DNA of 64,000 nt from an uncultured Pseudomonadales bacterium (GTDB lineage Bacteria > Patescibacteriota > Microgenomatia > UBA1400 > PJMF01): contig CAZEEV010000001.1 of the NCBI GenBank assembly GCA_964511345.1, positions 72,089-136,088 on the forward strand, written 5' to 3'. A program made the translations under genes and the position numbers. This document shows, one piece after another, positions 19,356-28,655 of this stretch (its first letter is position 1; each line of letters begins with the position of its first letter). The notes under the pieces are model-generated. The model was given only the letters and a program-made list of their open reading frames with translations. It was not told where the DNA came from and did no database searches.

Positions 19356-19395
19356 AGTTTAATTACAAAATATTAGTTTAAAGAAGGGAATAAAT

Positions 19396-19677
19396 ATGGC
19401 AGGAAATTTCATGAGTCAACTTGGAGACTTAAATAAATTACGTAAACAAGCTAAGCAAATGCAACAAGAATTAGCTGCAGAAGAAATTGTAGTTGAGCGT
19501 GGTGACATCGTGGTTAAGATCACTGGCGGTCAAGAAGTAAAAGATGTTGCTGTGCAAGGTATTCACAGTGATGAGCTAGTGAAAACTTTAAATGAAGCTA
19601 TTAAGAAGTCTCAAGAAGTAGCAGCCAAAAAATTGCAAGGCATGACTGGTGGTTTAGGTTCATTACTTGGCAAATAA
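19396..19677 (+). CDS. ybaB: YbaB/EbfC nucleoid-associated protein
   Basis: KQAKQMQQEL..V.V.ITG..EV pattern; directly downstream of dnaX. Confidence 0.9.
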   Translation: MAGNFMSQLGDLNKLRKQAKQMQQELAAEEIVVERGDIVVKITGGQEVKDVAVQGIHSDELVKTLNEAIKKSQEVAAKKLQGMTGGLGSLLGK

Positions 19678-19683
19678 ATATTC

Positions 19684-20319
19684 ATGAAAATTTTTATTGC
19701 GAGCTCTAATTTGGGAAAAATTAGAGAAATGCGGGCGATTCTAAAAGATCAACATCTTCAATTATTGAGTATTTTGGATGTGGATGAGTTAAACAAACTA
19801 AGGATTCAGATTCCATCTGGTTTTGACGTAGAAGAAACTGGGAAAACTTTTAAAGACAATGCCTTACTCAAAGCTCAAGCTTATGCTCAATTAACCAATT
19901 TACCAACCATAGCCGATGATTCTGGCTTAGAAGTAGAAGTTCTTGATGGTTTTCCTTCAGTTAATTCGAATCGCTGGTTCGAGGGTAGCACTCATGAACG
20001 CAATTTGGCTTTGCTTGAAAAACTTAGAAATAAAAAAAATCGTCAAGCTAGATTTTACAGTGTGATTTGTTTTTTTAATCCTCAGACAAGAACAACTGAA
20101 TTTTTTGAAGGAGAAATTAAGGGTCATATCGCTCTTGAGCCAAAAGGAAATAAAATTGAAGGTTTTGGTTATGATCCGATTTTTATTCCAGAAGGATTTA
20201 CACAAACTTTTTCAGAACTGGGAGCAGAATTTAAAAATACTATTTCTCATCGTCGCCAAGCCCTAATTAAGCTAAGTCAATTTGTTTCTCAAGATAAACA
20301 TCTTGCACTGCATGAATAA
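19684..20319 (+). CDS. rdgB: non-canonical purine NTP pyrophosphatase (RdgB/HAM1)
   Basis: SSNLGK, EETG.TF..NA..KA, ADDSGL, GFGYDPIF, ISHR. Confidence 0.95.
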   Translation: MKIFIASSNLGKIREMRAILKDQHLQLLSILDVDELNKLRIQIPSGFDVEETGKTFKDNALLKAQAYAQLTNLPTIADDSGLEVEVLDGFPSVNSNRWFEGSTHERNLALLEKLRNKKNRQARFYSVICFFNPQTRTTEFFEGEIKGHIALEPKGNKIEGFGYDPIFIPEGFTQTFSELGAEFKNTISHRRQALIKLSQFVSQDKHLALHE

Positions 20320-21337
20320 TTTCCACGCCTTCATTCATGGGTCTTTTGAAAGCTTTGCGACCCATGATTAAACCAGCTCCACCAGCTCTTTTATTAATGA
20401 CGGCAGTTCTAATGGCTTCTTTTAGATCTGTCTGAAAGTTATCATCTGAGCTACTCTCGCCACCAGAATTAATTAAATTGATTTTGCCAGCGTAGCAATT
20501 CATGACTTGTAATCTCACCATATCAATTGGATTTTCAGTGCTAAGGCTTTCATACATTTCTTTATTTTCTTTACCAAATTTGAACTTACGAAAGGCGCCA
20601 TCTTTTTCTGGCATTTTTTGCTTAATAATATCTGCTTCGATAGTTACTCCCAAGCGGTTAGCGTAAGATGTGATGTCTGCAGAACTTTCATAATTACCTT
20701 CTTTATCTTGCCAGGCAGAATTACGTGGGTAACACCAGAGAATAGTGGCCAGACCCAATTGATGAGCTTCGTAAAAAGCTTTGGCAATTTCCGCAATTTG
20801 ACGATTAGAAGCAGCAGAGCCAAAGTAAATGGTTGCACCAATGGCAACTGCTCCCATTTCGTAGGCTTGGCGAACTTGAGCAAACAAAATCTGATCCCAT
20901 TTATTGGGATAAGTTAGCAATTCATTATGATTGATTTTGACAATAAAAGGAATTTTGTCAGCATATTTTTTACTAAGCAACCCTAGCGCTCCTAAAGTAG
21001 AGGCTAAACCATTGCATTGAGCTTCCATAGCTAGTTTAACTATGTTTTCTGGGTCAAAATAAAGTGGGTTTTTATAAAAAGAATAAGAGGCATTGTGCTC
21101 AATGTCTTGATCAACTGGCAAAATAGATAAATAACCAGTGTGGGCCAAGCGACCATGACCATAAAGTTTTTCTAAATTGTGAATTACTTTTTCGTTGCGG
21201 TCAGAGTCAGTAAAAACCTGTGAAACATGATCTCCTTTAGGAAATAAGATTAATTCTTTTGGTAATAATTTACATTGATGAGCCAGTAAATATTTAGCTT
21301 CATCTCCTAGTGAATCAACAATGTCTTGATAAATCAT
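20267..21337 (-). CDS. fbaB: class I fructose-bisphosphate aldolase (FbaB/DhnA type)
   Basis: GYLSILPVDQ, FDPENIVKLA, KINHNELLTYP, ADIIKQK, NKRAGG.GLI.GRKAF. Confidence 0.95.
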   Translation of the reverse strand: MIYQDIVDSLGDEAKYLLAHQCKLLPKELILFPKGDHVSQVFTDSDRNEKVIHNLEKLYGHGRLAHTGYLSILPVDQDIEHNASYSFYKNPLYFDPENIVKLAMEAQCNGLASTLGALGLLSKKYADKIPFIVKINHNELLTYPNKWDQILFAQVRQAYEMGAVAIGATIYFGSAASNRQIAEIAKAFYEAHQLGLATILWCYPRNSAWQDKEGNYESSADITSYANRLGVTIEADIIKQKMPEKDGAFRKFKFGKENKEMYESLSTENPIDMVRLQVMNCYAGKINLINSGGESSSDDNFQTDLKEAIRTAVINKRAGGAGLIMGRKAFKRPMNEGVEIIHAVQDVYLEKQIDLA

Positions 21338-21852
21338 TTCTTAGATTTTTTAATTTTTTTAGTAATTACTTGACTTGATGAATAGCTATTCCTCAATTCG
21401 TATAGGAAATAAAGGCTTATGAGTAAGCCTAACAGGAGTCCAAAAATCCTGCTACCAAGAAAGATAACGCTAATGATGTTCATTAATAACTCTAAAATGG
21501 TTAATCCCAACAAAGCTAGCCAACCGATCATTAATTTACCTTTAAGTGCTTGATAAGCTGCAATAGAAATAACACCGGCCACAATTTGTAAAATGCCCAT
21601 GAGGTAAAAGTAAATTGAAGGAACATTGACTAAAAAGCCTAAGACATTATTTAAACTTTTAAAACCAAAAATACTACGCAGTCCACCGCTAATCATAAAT
21701 AAACCAGAGATTAAAACTAAAAAGGGAGCAATTTTAACTAAAACGTCAACTATTCTTTTTGGTAAATGCGGAGCATTAGCAAAAATTTTGAGTAATTCGC
21801 TGTCTAATTTTTGTAACATTGGATGAGAGAAAATTGAAATAATTTTTTGCAT
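21334..21852 (-). CDS. hypothetical membrane protein
   Basis: Four TM segments; 'APHLP..IVDVLVKIAP'; overlaps the fbaB start. Confidence 0.7.
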   Translation of the reverse strand: MQKIISIFSHPMLQKLDSELLKIFANAPHLPKRIVDVLVKIAPFLVLISGLFMISGGLRSIFGFKSLNNVLGFLVNVPSIYFYLMGILQIVAGVISIAAYQALKGKLMIGWLALLGLTILELLMNIISVIFLGSRIFGLLLGLLISLYFLYELRNSYSSSQVITKKIKKSKK

Positions 21853-21891
21853 TACAAATTATATTAGCATAAATGCTAAGATGAATACATC

Positions 21892-24411
21892 ATGAAAGAA
21901 GCTTTTTATAAATTGTCTGTCGCAGAAAGTTTAAGTAAACTTGGTAGTCAAATTAATGGGCTCAGTGAACAAGAAGTGGCACGAAGATTACAAAGAGATG
22001 GCAAGAATCAATTAAAAAAAACACGACAATTTTTAGCACTTAAGGTTTTATTAAATCAGTTTAAAAGTTTGTTGATTGCGATTTTATTTTTAGCCATGGG
22101 CTTGTCGATTTTTTTAGGCGAAAAAATCGATGCAATTGCTATTTTTGTTGTGATTGCACTCAACACCATTTTGGGTTTCATCGAAGAATACAAGGCTGAG
22201 AAATCTATTGATTCTTTAAAAAATCTAGAAACTCTACAAGCCCTTGTTGTGCGTGATGGAGTGGAAAAATTAATTGATCCAGCTTTCCTAGTCAAGGGTG
22301 ATGTTTTAATTTTGAATGAGGGTGAAAAAATTCCAGCTGATTGTAGAATTTTAGAAGCTTTTTCCTTGGAAGTAGATGAATCGATGTTAACTGGTGAATC
22401 TGCTGTAATTGTTAAATCAACTGAAAAAATTGATTATGAAACAAGTATCGCGGATCGTAAAAATTTGCTTTATTCCTCCTGCTTAATTACCAAAGGGAAA
22501 GCTAAGGTGGTAGTGATTGCTACGGGTATGGCAACGCAAATTGGCCAAATCGCAACACAAATCCAAGCTGTCAAAGAAGAGCAGACTCCTTTACAAAAAA
22601 CTCTAGATCATTTAGGGAAAAACGTTGCTCTTTTGGCTATGGTCTTAGCGACTCCAATTTTATTAATTGCTCTTTGGCGCGGAGAAGATTTATTTGCAAC
22701 GATCATGATGGGCGTGTCCCTAGCAGTTTCTAGTATTCCTGAAGGGTTGCCAATCGTAGTGACAGTGGCTTTAGCTTTAGGAATCAAAAGAATGATGTCT
22801 GTTAATGTGCTTACAAAAAAATTACCCGCTGTTGAATCTTTAGGTGGAGTGGATGTGATTTGCTCAGATAAAACTGGCACTATTACCAAAAATCAAATGG
22901 AAGTGATGGACATTTTTATGATTCATTCTTCTGCGAGTGATTTAGCTCTAGAAGCAGTTTTATGCAGTGATGCCAAATTAGATCATGGTGATCCAACTGA
23001 GCGTGCCTTAGTTGATTTTTTGCAAAAGTATCCAGACCAAGAAAAGTTATTAAATACTTACCAGCGAACTGCAGAGCTACCTTTTTCTAGTGAAAATAAA
23101 TACATGGCGGTCATAGTTACCAATAAACAACAAACTAAAACCATTATTAAAGGAGCGCCTGAAATTGTTTTGCAATTTTGTAAGCTTGATTCTCAATTAA
23201 GAGAAAAAATTCTAAAAGCCAATGAAGATTTTACTAAAAAAGGTTTAAGAGTTTTAGCAGTGATTGCCAAAAACACCAAAGATGCTAGTGATTTTAGTGA
23301 ACTAAAGAATTTTAATTTTGCTGGTTTATTGGCGTTACAGGATCCTCCTAGAGAACAAGTCAAATCATCTATTTTGAAATGCAAATCAGCTGGAGTCAGA
23401 GTGATTATGATTACCGGTGATCATAAGAATACCGCTTTATCAATTGCTAAAGAGATTGGTTTAGAAGCAGACATGGCTTATACAGGACAAGAATTAGATC
23501 AGTTAAATCAAACAGAGTTAATTGAAGCAGTTAAAACCTGCCAGGTATTCGCTCGAGTGTCTCCACAAAATAAAGTGCAGATTTTGGAAGCTTTACAAAG
23601 CCAAGGTTTGCAAGTGGCGATGACCGGAGACGGAGTTAATGACGCGCCAGCTCTCAAAAAAGCAGATATTGGAATTGTAGTTGGCTCTGGCACTGCTTTG
23701 AGTAAAGATATTGCTGACATGATTTTATTAAGTGATGATTTTTCCAATATAGTAGATGGGATTGAAGAAGGTCGCCATATTTTCTTCAATATTAAGAAAT
23801 TTGTTCGATTTTTATTGAGTGCTAATTTTGACGAAATCTTATGTATTGCCAGTTCAATCCTATTTTCTTTACCTTTAGTTTTTATTCCGATTCAAATTTT
23901 ATGGCTTAACTTGGTAACAGACACTTTTCCTGCTTTAGCTTTGAGTAATGATAATGCCGATCAGTCTCTAATGAAGCAAAAGCCTTATACAGCTAAAAAA
24001 GAAGTTGTAAGAGGGGTAATTTCTTATGCAGCAGTAGCGGGCTTTTTTGGTTATATGATTACTTTTTCTACTTTTTTGTTTGCTCTTTTTGTAATGAACG
24101 TAGATGAAGTTTATGCGCGTACAATGAGCTTTTCAGCGATGATTTTCTTTGAATTATTTTTGGTGTTTTCGATCAGATCAGAAGAAAGTGCTTTAAGAAG
24201 CAATCCATTTTCTAATAAATTTCTTAATTTTGCCGTACTTTTTGCTTTTACTTTGCAGTTTTTAGCAATCTATCATCCGTTCTTACAGAACTTTTTAAAA
24301 ACCACAAGTTTAAAATTAGTTGATTTAGTCTGGCTTTTACTTTGGTCTAGCTGCGGATTTGTTTTTATGGAAGTTTATAAAAAGATAAGAAAAGATAGAG
24401 TAAGGCTTTGA
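21892..24411 (+). CDS. cation-transporting P-type ATPase (type IIA, Ca2+-like)
   Basis: TGES, IPEGL, DKTGT, KGAPE, TGDGVNDAPAL, QILWLNLVTD. Confidence 0.93.
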   Translation: MKEAFYKLSVAESLSKLGSQINGLSEQEVARRLQRDGKNQLKKTRQFLALKVLLNQFKSLLIAILFLAMGLSIFLGEKIDAIAIFVVIALNTILGFIEEYKAEKSIDSLKNLETLQALVVRDGVEKLIDPAFLVKGDVLILNEGEKIPADCRILEAFSLEVDESMLTGESAVIVKSTEKIDYETSIADRKNLLYSSCLITKGKAKVVVIATGMATQIGQIATQIQAVKEEQTPLQKTLDHLGKNVALLAMVLATPILLIALWRGEDLFATIMMGVSLAVSSIPEGLPIVVTVALALGIKRMMSVNVLTKKLPAVESLGGVDVICSDKTGTITKNQMEVMDIFMIHSSASDLALEAVLCSDAKLDHGDPTERALVDFLQKYPDQEKLLNTYQRTAELPFSSENKYMAVIVTNKQQTKTIIKGAPEIVLQFCKLDSQLREKILKANEDFTKKGLRVLAVIAKNTKDASDFSELKNFNFAGLLALQDPPREQVKSSILKCKSAGVRVIMITGDHKNTALSIAKEIGLEADMAYTGQELDQLNQTELIEAVKTCQVFARVSPQNKVQILEALQSQGLQVAMTGDGVNDAPALKKADIGIVVGSGTALSKDIADMILLSDDFSNIVDGIEEGRHIFFNIKKFVRFLLSANFDEILCIASSILFSLPLVFIPIQILWLNLVTDTFPALALSNDNADQSLMKQKPYTAKKEVVRGVISYAAVAGFFGYMITFSTFLFALFVMNVDEVYARTMSFSAMIFFELFLVFSIRSEESALRSNPFSNKFLNFAVLFAFTLQFLAIYHPFLQNFLKTTSLKLVDLVWLLLWSSCGFVFMEVYKKIRKDRVRL

Positions 24412-24471
24412 CAGAAGAATATTTACCTCAGGGTTTTGATTTAGAAAAATTACAGAATTGGCTTGCAGAAA

Positions 24472-26727
24472 TTAAACTGAAGCATTAAACAGTCGATTAG
24501 AGACTTCACTAAGCTTAATTTGCAAAGGTGGACCAGCCGGATCAATCGGCTCATGTTTGAAACCAATTAGAGCAATATTTTCTGGATTATCATCTTTTTC
24601 ATTGGTTAAGAATGTTGAATTGCCAGTTCCTAACATAATTTCTTTAATTTGCGCCTTAATGGTTTGAACTCTAGACTCATTCCAATTTTCTGGATTAGTT
24701 TTATCTTCAAGTCTTTTGAGAGAGGATAAAATAATACGCCTAAGTGTTCTATCTTTAAGATCGTCTAGATATTTTAGATTCTGTTGAGCTAAAGAAAAAT
24801 GCAAGTTAAGTTCTAGCAATGAATAGCCGAACTCTTCTTTTACCTCTAAATTAATAAATGAGTTTGGATCGTCCCAATCTTTGGGTTGGTATGAATATGG
24901 TAAGACGTAAAGATGAGAGCTATTAGTAGCTTCTTTTCGTTGGTGATCTTCTGTTTGTCTGGTTTCTGTTGCTTGATTTTCGCTAGTTTGCTTGGATACA
25001 ACAGCGGAAGTTTGGTAAAGATCGCGATTTTTAATTGCTAATAAATATGAAAAAACTACTCTTTCTACCCAAGCTCTTTCAGCAGGAGCTAATTTAAATA
25101 GTGCTGGAGTTTCCATCTGTTCATTAATTTCAAAAACAAACGCTCTTTTGCTTAGTTGCAGAGAAACTTCTAAATTATGAGGACTAGTAGTACGTCTAAA
25201 AGTAAGTTGCTTTAAGCCAATTTGAGCCAATAATTTGTCTTGGCCTTGAGACTGATCTAATTTGACACTAATGCCTCTTTTAGAAATAGGGAACATTCCA
25301 CCTCTAGCTTGATCTTTAAGTTCTGTTAATGGCGTGGTCTCATCCAAATCTAACTCAGGACGAAGAAAAGTCACAATGGCTGCCATTTCAGCTATTTCTA
25401 AAGGTTTAGTAGATGTATTAAGTAAATGAGGAAGATTAGCCTTAAGTTCTAAAATAGAAGCTGGGTCTAGTTTATCTAAATCGTTACGAGTAATATTTCC
25501 TCTCCAAGTAAGAAGACTATTTTCTTGATTCTGGGCAAATTGGGAGGGAATGACAAAGCCACCAAAATCGCCTTCTTTTTTTAACAAATCCAATTCTTTT
25601 TCCATGGCAAATTTAATTAACTCATTTGCCAATGGATCTGAGGCATAATTTTCTATTTTTTCACAAAATACTGGAAGATTATCTGTTTTTTTGGCCATTT
25701 CTATTCTAGAGTTAAATCCTGCGAATCTGAGAATTTCATCAAACTTTCGATCATCGCTAAGAGTATTGCTACTTTGCTCAAAGATTTTTTCTAAAATAGC
25801 CACTTTAATGATTGATTTTTTGACATTAGCCTGTAACTCAGATTGGCTAGTTTCTTCATTTGGATTCACACTGATGATTTCAACGACTTCTCCCAAATCA
25901 TTAGTTCTGCCGATCATATCCTCTGCCACATATGCTCCTAAGGAAGTAAAAGTTTCTAGCACATACTGAGCCTGTTGACGTACTTGTAAATCGGGGTGGT
26001 GAATATGAGTGAACTTAATTACGTCAAATAAATCACAATAATCTTCTATTGCCTCTCCTTGCTGATCCTTTTTTGGTTTATCAATACTTAAGTCTTCAAA
26101 TATTCTTAGGACCACTAATTGTTTTAAACTGTTTCTGCATTGTAGTGCTACTAAAGAAAGTTGATGAAGATTGTTAATAATTTTTTTAAATGGAAGTTGA
26201 TCGATTTTTGGAATTGATTCTGGACTTTTTGATTGCTCGTGTCTTCTTTTTGAATTTGATTCAGAAGTTAAGCCATTTGCTTGCTGTTCAATTGCTCTTC
26301 TAGTTCCTCTTATTCTAGATGGAATTATTTTAGACTCTTCTAACAATGGAAAAATATCTTCACTCGTATTAAATGATTTTAGTTTGTTACCATTCTCTTG
26401 GACAAACTGTTTCAAAGTCGGGCTGAAAATTTTAAAATCAGTCATTCCCATGTTCATTGCCAAAGTTAAGGCATTTTTATATTTATCATTTAATTTAGGA
26501 TTAGCACCTAAACCATTAATTAGAAAAGAGAATTCTTCCTGATTGCACCAGTAGTGTTCTTTTTTATCGGAGAGAAGTTCTGTGATTTTATCTAGGATTA
26601 ATTCTTCAAATTCTGCTAAAAGAAGATCAGAGCGACTTGCGACTTCTGTTTTTATGAGTCCCAACTCTTTGAGATTTTGAGCTTGTTGAATTTGTTGATA
26701 AATTTCTGATTGCTCTATTTTACTCAT
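24472..26727 (-). CDS. large hypothetical protein (~751 aa)
   Basis: Long open frame with no recognised motif; likely start MSKIEQ at 26727, because the ORF-track extension crosses the att junction. Confidence 0.75.
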   Translation of the reverse strand: MSKIEQSEIYQQIQQAQNLKELGLIKTEVASRSDLLLAEFEELILDKITELLSDKKEHYWCNQEEFSFLINGLGANPKLNDKYKNALTLAMNMGMTDFKIFSPTLKQFVQENGNKLKSFNTSEDIFPLLEESKIIPSRIRGTRRAIEQQANGLTSESNSKRRHEQSKSPESIPKIDQLPFKKIINNLHQLSLVALQCRNSLKQLVVLRIFEDLSIDKPKKDQQGEAIEDYCDLFDVIKFTHIHHPDLQVRQQAQYVLETFTSLGAYVAEDMIGRTNDLGEVVEIISVNPNEETSQSELQANVKKSIIKVAILEKIFEQSSNTLSDDRKFDEILRFAGFNSRIEMAKKTDNLPVFCEKIENYASDPLANELIKFAMEKELDLLKKEGDFGGFVIPSQFAQNQENSLLTWRGNITRNDLDKLDPASILELKANLPHLLNTSTKPLEIAEMAAIVTFLRPELDLDETTPLTELKDQARGGMFPISKRGISVKLDQSQGQDKLLAQIGLKQLTFRRTTSPHNLEVSLQLSKRAFVFEINEQMETPALFKLAPAERAWVERVVFSYLLAIKNRDLYQTSAVVSKQTSENQATETRQTEDHQRKEATNSSHLYVLPYSYQPKDWDDPNSFINLEVKEEFGYSLLELNLHFSLAQQNLKYLDDLKDRTLRRIILSSLKRLEDKTNPENWNESRVQTIKAQIKEIMLGTGNSTFLTNEKDDNPENIALIGFKHEPIDPAGPPLQIKLSEVSNRLFNASV

Positions 26728-26762
26728 AATATTATCTTGTCTTTTTTCAAGAAGAAAATTTG

Positions 26763-26771
26763 TGGTGACCC
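26763..26771 (-). repeat. distal att junction carrying the displaced tRNA-Glu 3' end (GGGTCA-CCA)
   Basis: Plus-strand TGGTGACCC versus ATGTGACCC at the tRNA end; flanks show further loose similarity (…CGAACC). Confidence 0.8.
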
Positions 26772-27041
26772 TAAGGTTTCTACATCCGAACCAAATTATA
26801 ACAGATCTAGTTGATCTAATGAACACATTTTTTCCAGATGTAAAAAAGATTCAAAACTATGCCTGGTCCTAGTACTCCTTAATGAGAATTGAACCAGAAA
26901 GAAAAAACAGCGACGTGTAATATTTTACCTATTAACGTGCAATCGTTGCACAAGCGTATGCGGTAAAGAACAGTCTTCCTCAATAGTTTTATAAGGTAAA
27001 TAAGTGTGAGTAAAGGTTGCAATGCTTTACACGTGAGGTCT

Positions 27042-28064
27042 TTATGGTCGTCGCGGAGGTCTTTGTGGTTGTTGCGGAGGTACTCCTCCTTGAAACATCT
27101 GGAAATGTTTGCCCCAAGATACACCAGTTTTACTTTCGTAAAGTTTTATAAATGGACTGATGCTAAAAAACCCGTTTAATAAAATATAGGCTTCCCATAG
27201 TAAATCCTTTAAACTACCAGAAGCAACAGATACTTTTAAATCTGTTAAATCTGCAATTTTTTCTGGCGTTAGTGGTCTCGAGTGTATTTTATGAGAGTTA
27301 TAGTCGGAAAAGTAGGAAACCATCTTTTTTAATTTTTGACCATTCATTCTTTGACCAGCAAACATGTATTTTTTTAACCATGTAGATACCAATTCTTTTG
27401 AAAGTTTTTCAGAGTCATAGCATAATTCGAATAAGTCTAGTGAATATTGTTCAATCAGAGGTAGATATGCTGGTAGTACTTTGGCGCCATCCCTCTTGAT
27501 TATGCTTTTTGCATGATCAAATCCATTTAAAATTGATTTTGCAGGGACAAAGCGCACAAGACCATTTTTTGCAGGGATCCCTACTTGAGGATCAACAGGA
27601 CCTAAGGTTGCACTTGGATGTAACACAATATTATTTCCTGATAAAGCTAGCATTGTTGCTGCGGAATATGCTGAGTGAGGAATAAGAAAGTCAACTTGTT
27701 GAAATCTGCTTCTAAGTATTTCGACTATTCTTTCGGTTGCATCTGGTCTACCGCCAGGACTATGTATTAGCACGTCAACACTAGTTATTTCTGACGGTAT
27801 TGAGTTGACTAAGTCAGTAAACCCATCAACGTCTGACAAGTCTATTTGATTTGGAGCCCCATCAGGAACATTTTCAATGAACTTAGTTGCATATACTAAC
27901 AATGGTTTCTCTCTCAATGCTTCAATTTCAGAATAACAAAGCTTCCTTAAATCAAATAGCGTGGACGCTTGAATTCCTTGCGGTTGTTGTAAAAGTGGGG
28001 CGATGTAATCGTGCCAATCTTGAGTAGTTTTAAAAATCCTGCGTTGTTGTTGAGAGGATGGCAT
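27042..28064 (-). CDS. SDH-family (ClpP/crotonase-fold) serine protease
   Basis: DVLIHSPGG, AYSAATMLALSG, LGPVDPQ, HSRPL; Pro/Gln-rich tail; no signal peptide; probable start MPSSQQ. Confidence 0.88.
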   Translation of the reverse strand: MPSSQQQRRIFKTTQDWHDYIAPLLQQPQGIQASTLFDLRKLCYSEIEALREKPLLVYATKFIENVPDGAPNQIDLSDVDGFTDLVNSIPSEITSVDVLIHSPGGRPDATERIVEILRSRFQQVDFLIPHSAYSAATMLALSGNNIVLHPSATLGPVDPQVGIPAKNGLVRFVPAKSILNGFDHAKSIIKRDGAKVLPAYLPLIEQYSLDLFELCYDSEKLSKELVSTWLKKYMFAGQRMNGQKLKKMVSYFSDYNSHKIHSRPLTPEKIADLTDLKVSVASGSLKDLLWEAYILLNGFFSISPFIKLYESKTGVSWGKHFQMFQGGVPPQQPQRPPRRP

Positions 28065-28263
28065 ATCTATTAATCTCAAAGTCTAGTGTAGAACTAACTT
28101 CTGATGAGTTTGCATAGAAGCCTCGTCCATAAGCAATTTCTGCTTCACTAAGAATTGCCTTTGCCTTTTTATACTTTTTATAATATGTAAAAGATTCTGG
28201 GATTTGTTTTTGAATTTTTTTAGTTGCAATCTTACTTACGATCGTTTTTTTAGTAGTTGCCAT
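28030..28263 (-). CDS. small basic hypothetical protein overlapping the SDH protease start
   Basis: 77 aa; extended -10 TGA-TATGAT 8 nt before ATG. Confidence 0.65.
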   Translation of the reverse strand: MATTKKTIVSKIATKKIQKQIPESFTYYKKYKKAKAILSEAEIAYGRGFYANSSEVSSTLDFEINRYAILSTTTQDF

Positions 28264-28655
28264 ATAAGTAAATCATATCACCTACGATTTAATTTTCTAG
28301 TAATAATAAACCCAGTGTCTGGTTCAAAAGTTTCTAGTGTTTAATTTGTCGATAGCTTAATTAAGGAGAATTCGTTAATACAGACATGTGATCTGTGGGG
28401 CTATTTTACAAGTAATTTATCCAAGTAGTAGTAAATCATCTAAGTATAAAAGAGAATTCAGTAAATATGTGTTGGATATATTAAAAATCAAAAATATAAA
28501 TGAAGCTACTAAAACAAAAACACTTTATTCATATAAGAAACCGAAATTTTGTAGAGTCGTTATGTAGTTGGCGTGAAGTTACAAAAAAATCAGATACATT
28601 GTATAATTAACCTTCATAATGAAAAGCTGAGGATTGCATATTATATGGAAACTAT

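Noticed and set aside
26728-26826. N-terminal extension of the 784-aa ORF
   Set aside because: It crosses the att junction and is antisense to the displaced recombinase tail; the start at 26727 is more plausible.
26879-27124. 81-aa ORF and 21-bp tandem repeat (~27036-27081)
   Set aside because: It is an alternative frame of the protease's Pro/Gln tail; there are only two degenerate units and no spacers, so it is not CRISPR.
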